Source: Octopus sinensis (taxonomy: Eukaryota). From it: a DNA stretch of 11,886 nt. This document shows positions 1 through 8,425 of this stretch, piece after piece. The position numbers and the translations under genes were made by a program. The stretch is taken from positions 1 through 11,886 of the forward strand of contig NW_021826739.1 of NCBI RefSeq assembly GCF_006345805.1. Reading direction: 5' to 3'. The notes under the pieces were generated by a model that was given only the letters and a program-made list of their open reading frames with translations, did no database searches and had not been told where the DNA came from. Every line of letters starts with the position of its first letter. Position 1 is the stretch's first letter.

Positions 1-40
1 CTATCTATCTATATATATACTTGCTTTCCAACTCCATACG

Positions 41-89
41 TTGTGAGTGAATTTGGTAGGCAGAAATTGAAAGAAGTATTATATATAAT

Positions 90-142
<53 letters not shown>

Positions 143-311
143 ATTGTGCATGTGTTTGCCTCCCTGTAACTTAGTGCTTCTACGAAATAGATAGGTACAA
201 TAAGTACCTAGCTTTTAAAAAATAAATACCAGTGTCTATACGTTTGACTAAAAATTCTTTAAGTCGATGCCCCAGCATGGCCGCAGTTTAATGATCGAAA
301 CAAGCAAAAGA
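41..311 (+). mobile_element. 5'-truncated octopus SINE (family with internal (TG)n and ...gccccagcatggccgcag...gaaacaagcaaaaga 3' end)
   Basis: Positions 41-76 (ttgtgagtgaatttggtagggcagaaattgaaag) match the reverse complement of 911-947 in this window. Body and tail resemble an abundant Octopus SINE I recall. Confidence 0.7.
91..141. repeat. (GT)25 microsatellite inside the SINE
   Basis: Perfect dinucleotide run. Confidence 0.97.
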
Positions 312-734
312 CAAATCTTTCCTGCGTTTAAAACATTAATGGGTGGTCTGAGGGAGATTTAGCTGCGATAGTATTACGGGAGGAGAGACTAGGTAGAGTT
401 CTTTGATAACTTATTTGTATGCTTAAATACTGTCTGTAAATTGATTTCCTATGTTGCCGCGCAGTGCTGATTGATGTCTTTAGAATATATCTTACAAACT
501 CATAAAGAGACTAACTCAGTGTTTTTGGAGTAAATTAATAACAGTTGAGAGACTGCAACAGAGACTGCAGCAAAATGTAGGGGGGTGAAGCTTGGGGATC
601 GACGACCCAGCATAATAGATCATAATCATATAACATGTAACATGTTGAAGCTATGGAACTAACAACATATGGTGCATATATTGTTACATATTGAACTATA
701 AACTTCAATATCGACTTATACAACGAGTTCGTAC

Positions 735-749
735 GATGATGATGATGAC

Positions 750-792
<43 letters not shown>
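735..792. repeat. (GAT)n microsatellite
   Basis: Near-perfect trinucleotide run; the source of the spurious poly-Met ORF. Confidence 0.97.
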
Positions 793-910
793 TTAATATG
801 CGGAAGATACAGATGCTACGTTGACCAAGTTGAACGGCAAGTCAGAACTGGATATAGCAGCATTTTAAGGGTCATTTTTGGACTAACAACCTCTCTGCGA
901 ACAAAATTTA

Positions 911-1057
911 CTTACAGTTTACTCGTCTACTAAATTTACTCACAAGGTATTAACCATCCCGAAGGTTATGGCTGAAAACACTTGCCCCAGTGTGCCGCGC
1001 TGTGGCACATTCTGAGACAGAATCCATGTGATTGCGAAGCAAACTTCTTAACCATAC
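911..1057 (-). mobile_element. 5' (tRNA-like head) fragment of the same SINE family as 41-311, inverted
   Basis: Reverse complement reads tatggttaagaagtttgcttcgcaatcacatgg...cacactggggcaagtgttttc...ccttgtgagtaaatttagtagacg. It overlaps in sequence with 41-76 and with 1190-1292. Confidence 0.7.
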
Positions 1058-1062
1058 ATCCA

Positions 1063-1188
1063 TCTCTCTCATTCTCCCTCTCTCTATCATTCACTCCTTC
1101 CCCTCTCCCTCTCCCTCTATATATATACAATATATGTGTACGTGTACTTATATAAAATATATATGTACACACACACACACACACACAC
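1063..1188. repeat. Compound (CT)n/(TA)n/(CA)n microsatellite
   Basis: Direct reading. Confidence 0.85.
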
Positions 1189-1189
1189 T

Positions 1190-1292
1190 GCTTAAGACAT
1201 TTGCTACGTAGCAGTGAGTACCAGGATTCAGTTCCAAGGTGTGACAAGTTGGGTAAATGTCTCTCACCAAGCGTCAGGTCGATTCATGTCTT
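1190..1292 (+). mobile_element. Decayed 5' head fragment of the same SINE family
   Basis: gcttaagacatttgctacg...ggattcagttcc...ttgggtaaatgtct aligns loosely with the reverse complement of 960-1055. Confidence 0.5.
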
Positions 1293-1475
1293 GGATCAAC
1301 CTGGCGCTTGCATCTAGTTCGCAATAAAGATCTCTATTTACCACTTCGAAGTCGTGTGTTCATTTCTTCAGTGTGAATCAGCAAAATTGTGGTCTGTATT
1401 GACAGTACTGACACCAGTAATTTATTGGTATTAAGGTCAAGACGACTGATTGTAAAAAGAGTAATCAGAAAAGTA

Positions 1476-1707
1476 AGGCGGCGAGCTGGCTGAAACGTTA
1501 GCACGTCGGGCGAAATGCGTAGCCGAATTTGGTCTGCCGTTACGTTCTGAGTTCAAATTCCGCCAAGGTCGACTTTGCTTTTCATACTTTCGGGGTCGAT
1601 TAAATAAGTACCAGTTACGCACTGGGGTCGATATAATCGACTTAATCTGTTAGTCTGTCCTTGTTTGTCCTCTCTATGTTTAGCCCCTTGTGGGTAGTAA
1701 AGAAATA
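1476..1707 (+). mobile_element. Full-length tRNA-derived octopus SINE (tail type A), first unit of a dimer
   Basis: Pol III A-box-like TGGCTGAAACGTT (1487-1499) and B-box GAGTTCAAATTCC (1549-1561). Highly similar to 3240-3470. Confidence 0.92.
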
Positions 1708-1891
1708 GGTATTTCGTCTGCCGTTACGTCCTGAGTTCAAATTCCACTGAGGGCGACTTTGTCTTTCATCCTTTCGGGGTCGATTAAATAAGTACCAGTT
1801 ACGCACTGGGGTCGATATAATCGACTTAATCCCTTTGTCTGTCCTTGTTTGTCCCCTCTATGTTTAGCCCATTGTCGGCAATAAACAAATA
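1708..1891 (+). mobile_element. 5'-truncated second SINE unit fused in tandem to 1476-1707
   Basis: Starts at internal GGTATTTCGTCTGCC, retains the B box and repeats the body and tail. The whole dimer is flanked by AGAAAAGTA (1467-1475, 1892-1900). Confidence 0.9.
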
Positions 1892-2006
1892 AGAAAAGTA
1901 TACTGCGTGGAGGTTGGCTGACGGTTCGTAGAAATTTGAACAATAAAGAAATTTGACGGTTCGTATCTTGCCGTAAGCCCTGCATTTTATATATTGTTGT
2001 TGACTA

Positions 2007-2217
2007 AGGCTGTCAGCTGGCAGAAACGTTAGCACGTCGGGCGAAATGCTTAGCGGTATTTCGTCTGTCTTTACGTTTTGAGTTCAAATTCTGCCGAGGT
2101 CGACTTTGCCTTTTCGGGGTCGATAAATTAAGTACCAGTTGCCTACTGGGATCGATCTAATCGACTGGTCCCCTTCCCCCAAAATTTCGGGCCTGGTGCC
2201 CAGAGTAGAAAAAATTT
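2007..2217 (+). mobile_element. Full-length tRNA-derived SINE with alternative 3' tail (type B), 10-bp TSD
   Basis: Same head and body as 1476-1641, then tail ggtccccttcccccaaaatttcgggcctggtgcccagagtagaaaaaa. TSD TTGTTGACTA at 1997-2006 and 2218-2227. Confidence 0.92.
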
Positions 2218-2565
2218 TTGTTGACTACTCACAGATCAGCTTTGTCGATCAATGGCGTGTTAGCCATGACAATCCCATCTGTTAATTTTGATCAGGCATA
2301 GATTTCTAGGATTACATTATCCAATATGTTCTTTTGATATTTATGACAGTATTTATTGTGACAGCATGAAAGAGATTTGGCTATTATTTCTAGCAGGTCA
2401 AGCATTATTTATATCTTATTAAACTTTAAAAGACAACACGAAGCAAGGGCAGGGCTCACCTTTCATGATGGCGTTGAAGCATTGGATTCAAACTTTTGTT
2501 CAGTTTATTAAGTGAATGTAACAGCTGCCGGGTCACATTCTCAACTTCAGATCACAACTGCTTGT

Positions 2566-2567
<2 letters not shown>

Positions 2568-2612
<45 letters not shown>

Positions 2613-2764
2613 TGTGTCTGTTGTGTGTGTATGTATGTATGTATGTATGTATGATGTAAGTATGTATGCGTGCATGTATGTATATATTGATGGATAGATG
2701 CATGTAGTGATGTATGTGTGTATGTGTATATATACACACACATATACATACACACATATATGTA
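2568..2764. repeat. Compound (TG)n/(TATG)n/(CA)n microsatellite
   Basis: Direct reading; explains the five overlapping CV/HT-repeat ORFs. Confidence 0.92.
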
Positions 2765-3239
2765 CAGAAGCACGTATACACGCAGTTCCTCAGCACAAGA
2801 CCAAAACGTGCTCTTTTTAATTTTTGGTGACAGTATAGTTCTGTGTCATTGCCAAGTGACCAAACTCTCAATGAATTAGATTACCAAGTTAACATAAAAT
2901 GTACCATAGAAAGGAGCGAAACCCAGGCTCCGCTGCTCGCCTAGCTGAGAAAAAAAACTGTCACGGTATTAGTCGCTCTCTGGCTGGTTTATGGTTGAGC
3001 TTCTGACAGTAGAGACCTCCTGCGTTCTTGGTCCCCGGACCACATTCCTGCTTATCGCAATCGGGGCAGAGATTGCTGTCCGCAAGTGCGAACCCTGAAA
3101 GTCAGAGTGGCTGTTCAAGCACTTCTTCCTCGCTATTATCCGGACCAACGCCGTTTCCATTTCGTCTGCCATGAGAAATGTTTCTATATTGTGAGAGGCA
3201 AGATTCTCCGTATTTGAGTAATACAACGTCGGTATTACC

Positions 3240-3470
3240 TGCGGCGAGCTGGCGGAAACGTTAGCACGCCGGGCGAAATGCTTAGCGGTATTTAGTCTGC
3301 CGTTACGTTCTGAGTTCAAATTCCGCTGAGGTCGACTTTGCCTTTCATCCTTTCGGGGTCGATAAATTAAGTACCAGTTACGCACTGGGGTCGATATAAC
3401 CGACTTAATCCGTTCGTCTGTCCTTGTTTGTCCCCTCTGTATTTAGCCCCTTGTGGGTAATAAAGAAATA
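3240..3470 (+). mobile_element. Full-length tRNA-derived SINE (tail type A), 9-bp TSD
   Basis: A/B boxes are present and the element is near-identical to 1476-1707. TSD GGTATTACC at 3231-3239 and 3471-3479. Confidence 0.93.
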
Positions 3471-3754
3471 GGTATTACCACAGAAAGGATCAAGGAAAGG
3501 AGTCAGTAGCACCAGCAGCATATAACTAATGACTCTGATCTTCGAAGAATGCGGGTTCAAATAGAGCTTTGATTGAAATGCTGGGTGACCGGCAGCAAGA
3601 ATACTCGATTCTCGATTACCACATATAAAATATTGTGGAGAACGCTTGTAGATCATATTTGATTGGTGATTGAGCTACACGTAATTGAAGCTAATAAGAA
3701 TCTCAGAGTGTGGCATTTAACGACAGATCTTAAATATAAAAAAACTGTGAGCAT

Positions 3755-3812
3755 AAAACACAAAAATAACAAACCAAACACAAAGTTTTTTAATTGAAAT
3801 AACAATTTTATT
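3755..3812 (-). terminator. Candidate distal polyadenylation site (AATAAA + GU-rich downstream element)
   Basis: Minus strand: AATAAA at 3812-3807, then ~20 nt later CTTTGTGTTTGGTTTGTTATTTTTGTGTTTT (3785-3755). Upstream TGTA (CFIm-type) motifs sit at 3897-3894, 3889-3886 and 3857-3854. The sequence fits the metazoan consensus; actual use is inferred. Confidence 0.5.
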
Positions 3813-4231
3813 TTAGCTTATAAATTCTTTTTTCATCTTAAAAATCTCTTATATACATTAAATGTTTCATAATATTTCTTCATTATACATATATACACAT
3901 ATACATATATATATATATGAAGTATATATGTAATAATACATACAGACAATTATACATATATTTATATTTAAAAAAAAAGAAAAACATGTTTTTCCTAGTC
4001 TTGCTACTTTGACCTTCCGTAGACTAGGGAGGGTTTACAAAAATACACATTTGATTAATTCAACAAAGTTTTAACAAGAAGCACCGAAGGAAATTCGTTG
4101 CCAAGATTCTGGCAGTATTGGTACCGTAGTATAGCAGTGTTCTCACAAAGGACATGTTGTAAGTTGTTCATGTTTTAGTAACCGCAACATAATTTGCATT
4201 CAGAAAACAATAGCTTCAAATAGGTTATGCG

Positions 4232-4233
<2 letters not shown>

Positions 4234-4272
<39 letters not shown>

Positions 4273-4334
4273 TATTATGTATACATCGATAATAATGTAT
4301 ATATATATATAATATATATATATATATTATATAT
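4234..4334. repeat. (TA)n microsatellite, interrupted
   Basis: Direct reading. Confidence 0.9.
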
Positions 4335-4546
4335 ACGATGCAGATTATGTTACAAGTTAAAACATTACAATATTGTCAAGTGTTAGATTTTTTGTTTCGA
4401 AGATCATCAGTTTTCTCTTCTTTATAAATCAATTATTAAATGAAGGAAATATAAACAAAAAAGTGTTTTACTGAAATCAAATTTTGAACAGATGCAAGCG
4501 CAATGATTTTTGTATTTTATGAAACGTATTTGTGAAGGACTGAAGT

Positions 4547-4774
4547 ATGGATGGATAGATGAGTAGATTGACAGATCCATGAATAGACTGCTGGATAGAT
4601 AGATAGATAAATAGAGAGGTAAATAGATAGCCAAACGGAGAGAGAGAGAGAAAGAGAGACATAGGGAGTGAGAGATAGGTTATATATATATGCTATATAT
4701 ATATATATATATATATATATCTATATATATATATATATATATATCTATATATATATATGCTATATATATATATA

Positions 4775-4810
<36 letters not shown>

Positions 4811-4820
4811 AATATATATA
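4547..4820. repeat. Compound (GATA)n/(GA)n/(TA)n microsatellite
   Basis: Direct reading. Confidence 0.9.
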
Positions 4821-4849
4821 CGGTAGTAGATAAAGATGAATGAAGTCGA

Positions 4850-4991
4850 AGATGATGATTATGGTAAAAGATGGCAGATGATACTGTTGCTGATAATGAA
4901 GGCGATGTTCATCATGATGGTGGTGGTGTTGGTAATGATGATGATGATGATGATGAAGATGATGATGATGATGAGGATGACGATGACGATG

Positions 4992-5023
<32 letters not shown>
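4850..5023. repeat. Degenerate (GAT)n microsatellite
   Basis: Direct reading; gives the poly-M/poly-D/poly-I ORFs. Confidence 0.92.
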
Positions 5024-5159
5024 AACTGTGGGAGGAAACGCTTGCTTGTGTTTAGCCGTCAACAGCTTCACATTAGATTTATTGTAGTTTTTTTTTTCGC
5101 TTTTCGTTGCCCTTGAGGCAAAATAACTTTCATTATTATCCTTATTTACTACAACTATT

Positions 5160-5173
5160 ATAACCATTACTAC

Positions 5174-5206
<33 letters not shown>

Positions 5207-5573
5207 CACCATCACAGAAATTATTATTTTTACTCCTAAAAATGTGCCACTGGAAGCAATCATTTGCTTAAATTAAATAAATAAAACGTATTACGGTTTC
5301 CTAATCCAAGAGTCACAACGACTTATAACGATGGTCATGTAGAAGTCAGAAATTTGGCCATTATGCTGCGCTTTGACTAATAGTAGTAGTAGTAGTAGAA
5401 ATAATAATAATAATAATATAATAATAATAATAATGATAATGATAGTCATAATAATAATATACGTTATATATATTGCATATATACTTTATATGTTTATATA
5501 TATAATTATTACTTAAAATAATAATACAATAATAAAGTATGATGATGATGATGATAATAATAAAATAATAATA

Positions 5574-5606
<33 letters not shown>

Positions 5607-5749
5607 CAATAATGATAATAATGATAATAATAATGCTGATGATTATAGTAATGATAATATTGGTAGCAATAAAGATAATGCCAGTAGTAATATATAAGCC
5701 AAGAGTGATTAAGCAAACAAGAAAGGCGTTTAAACGAACACTAGTGTTG

Positions 5750-5803
<54 letters not shown>

Positions 5804-5837
5804 TACATATATATGTATGTATATATATATACATATA
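5160..5837. repeat. Microsatellite mosaic: (ACT)n 5168-5210, (AGT)/(AAT)/(GAT)n 5380-5690, (TA)n 5752-5837
   Basis: Direct reading; short unique spacers separate the blocks. Confidence 0.85.
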
Positions 5838-6111
5838 TCGAATTTTCTGAATTTAGTTCAGATTTATATTGCAATATTAGAAATGGCGTTTTAATAAACA
5901 TTTATATATTTATGTTATAATAAAATTGTTATTAATAATAAACATCAGCATTATTTAAAGAAAGTTATTATTGTTGGATATTTAGTTGCTGTTTTTCTGT
6001 ATAAAAAAATAAAGAGAGAATACTAATATAACTACAAAAACATTAATAAACGTACAACTTTTTAATATACTTTCGTTTTTTTTTTTATATTTTAATTTTC
6101 CTATAACATGC

Positions 6112-6133
6112 TAATACTGTGATTGTAAAGTGT
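6112..6133 (-). promoter_or_regulatory. Candidate miR-8/miR-200-family target site (8mer seed + 3' supplementary pairing)
   Basis: Plus strand TAATACTGTGATTGTAAAGTGT vs protostome miR-8 UAAUACUGUCAGGUAAAGAUGUC (recalled). Identity at miRNA positions 1-9, 11, 13-18 and 20-22 means the minus-strand transcript is complementary at those positions. Confidence 0.55.
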
Positions 6134-6141
6134 TCCCTTTG

Positions 6142-6281
6142 CATATATACATACATGCATACATAAACACAAATATATACGCATATACGCGCGCGTGCAC
6201 GTACTCCCACATAAAAACAAATATGCATACATACAATCGATATACTAACGAATATATTCATATCTACATATATATATATAT

Positions 6282-6324
<43 letters not shown>

Positions 6325-6449
6325 CATCAGAGTCTGAAAATATGTATGTAAGTGTGTATGTATGTAAATATGTATACATGTATATGTATATATATATTTA
6401 TGTATATATATTATATGTATATGTATCTATATATATCTATATATATATC

Positions 6450-6529
<80 letters not shown>

Positions 6530-6630
6530 ATGCATGCACTCATGTACACCTATGTATATGCATGCGTATATATTTACCACCGCACGCATGTACGCGTACT
6601 TGTGTGAGTGCGTGTATAAATGCGTGTGAA
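6142..6630. repeat. Degenerate alternating purine-pyrimidine tract: (CATA)n, (TA)n, (TATG)n
   Basis: Direct reading. Confidence 0.9.
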
Positions 6631-6969
6631 AGCTAGAGAGATCCAAATGCTATCGTCGTGGAAAAAAGATAGTAGAAAGTAATACACCACTATATATCTA
6701 TGTGTAAAAACCTTGGTTAATAACATCAGATATGACAATTAGTGGCGATTATTAGTTGTCGCTGCTCTTTTGGCTCCAGTTTAATATCGGTCAAAGACGT
6801 ATTACAACCCTGCGTACTCCGTTGCACAGTACTGAGGTGGCTATCGACGCCTCTAGGATTTACACAGCGTCGTTATGTTCTTTGCCGTGTGGCATGAGAC
6901 AGATTTCACAGCTGAGGAGTGGAGCCTCCTTAATTGTGTCGGTCTGTTTGTTGGCTGGTGCCATAAGTA

Positions 6970-7308
6970 ACAAGAACAACAACTATAACAACGGGAGAGC
7001 AGTATCATCTTCATCAAGAACCGGAGAGATAATTCATATAGAAAAATATAACAGCAACTAAATAACAACAACAACAACAACAAAGATAATAATTATTATT
7101 ATGATGATGATGATAATAATATAATAATAATAATATATTTAACAATTGTGAAAACACCAACAACTTTAGAAATCATAACCCTCTTTAGGTGATTATTAAT
7201 TATAATAATTGAATTATTATTATAAGACATTATTTTTTGCTTTTTTTGTTGTTGAAGTGAGGGTATAGGAAGAGACTTCGATGAAAATGCTCTCATATAT
7301 ATAATATA

Positions 7309-7348
<40 letters not shown>

Positions 7349-7425
7349 TATATATAGATATATATTACGCGCACTCACACATGATATTAATTATATATAT
7401 GTATATATATATATATATATATAAT
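6970..7425. repeat. Low-complexity (AAC)/(AAT)/(GAT)n followed by (TA)n 7296-7425
   Basis: Direct reading. Confidence 0.75.
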
Positions 7426-8425
7426 GCAGTTTAACATATATACAGACAAGAGATTTGTACATATACACATATATGCATGAATGCGTGCCAACATATAGTG
7501 CTAAGCGTTTCAGTTTTTGTATATAAAAAAAATTAAAATTAATTAAAAATCTGATTAATTTTGGAGACACTCTTTAAGTGTCGAAATTTTTCCAAAAGAT
7601 TCTTTTCTTTTTTTTTTTTGCTTTGTTTTACAGATTTTTGCGTTTTTGATTGTCCTCTAAGAATAATATTTAAGGTGAGATTAATTTAACTGCTGTACTA
7701 AATAAACATAAATTATTTTTCTTTTCTTTTTTTTTTTGTTTAGTGGTTTTTCTCTTGTTATTTATTGTGTTTTATTTATTCATATCTTTGCTGACAGAAT
7801 GATTTAACTTCTCAGCGGATTGCGTTCTCTGTGTGCCCGGGAGCGGAGAACACAAGCTCGAGTCGTGTTGGTGGCGGTGTTGGGCAGCTAAATGATGGAA
7901 GTAAAAAAAAAAGAAAACAAACAAAAAAAAAAATAAAATATAGAAGCTGACTATCCCAGTTTCGAACAGAAGTGTCATTCTACTATTATCGTTTTGAATA
8001 TTATTATTATTTAATATTTTTGTAATCGGAGGAGTGTGTGCGTGAGTTGGGTAGGGGTTAATTAAAGGAGTTAAGGCGATTATGAAGCAGAGCTTTAAAT
8101 AATTTGTATGATTATCTAATTTGTTCAAAGCTACATCAGTGCCATCGCAATAATAGTAATAATAATAATAACAACAATAATAATAGTAATAATGATAACA
8201 GCTTTTTCTTTTGTTTTTACTTTTACCAGAAAAAAAATTATCAAGCAGACAAAAACAAACAATAACAACACCAAAAAAACCCCCAATGCTTTGTCGGAAT
8301 TTCAGTTCATTTTTGTTGTTGTTGTTATTGGGGTTGGGGATAGGATAAAAAGCATTGAATTGTTGTTGCTGACTGGTACGTCCATCTTTAGAGTGCGACC
8401 TACAGAATGGTGCCAACCGTTATTC

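Noticed and set aside
2167-2177. 11-nt match to miR-133 positions 2-12 (TGGTCCCCTTC)
   Set aside because: It lies in a SINE tail outside the putative transcript; most likely coincidental.
1437-3385. Similar MRNWYL...RNLNSERNGR ORFs (1437-1622, 2969-3385) suggesting a gene family
   Set aside because: They are the antisense translation of the SINE head repeated in each copy.
1476-3470. tRNA genes or a CRISPR-like array from the recurring GGGGTCGAT...ATCGAC repeats
   Set aside because: The A/B boxes belong to SINE heads with no complete cloverleaf. The repeats are internal SINE modules with similar rather than unique spacers, in a eukaryotic context with no cas genes.
3994-4028. CCTAGTC...GACTAGG inverted repeat
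   Set aside because: Only a 7-bp stem with a 21-nt loop, no TSD and no other copy in the window; insufficient for a MITE or structured RNA call.
4110-5873. 7mer sites for miR-34 (4110-4116), miR-2/K-box (5211-5217), miR-92 (5471-5477, 5867-5873)
   Set aside because: Single 7mers without supplementary pairing are expected by chance in several kb of AT-rich sequence. Only conservation could rescue them.
6085-6160. The miR-8-like sequence as a miR-8 gene
   Set aside because: It has several differences from the highly conserved mature sequence, and no complementary 5' arm or hairpin upstream. A target site on the opposite strand fits better.
691-6646. Poly-Met/Asp/Ile/Tyr/His-Thr/Cys-Val ORFs
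   Set aside because: Translations of (GAT)n, (AAT)n, (TA)n and (TG)n microsatellites.
7772-8416. 214-aa minus-strand ORF
   Set aside because: Built from low-complexity runs (poly-N, Y, F, Q) with no domain. AT-rich simple repeats read in a stop-poor frame; probably UTR.
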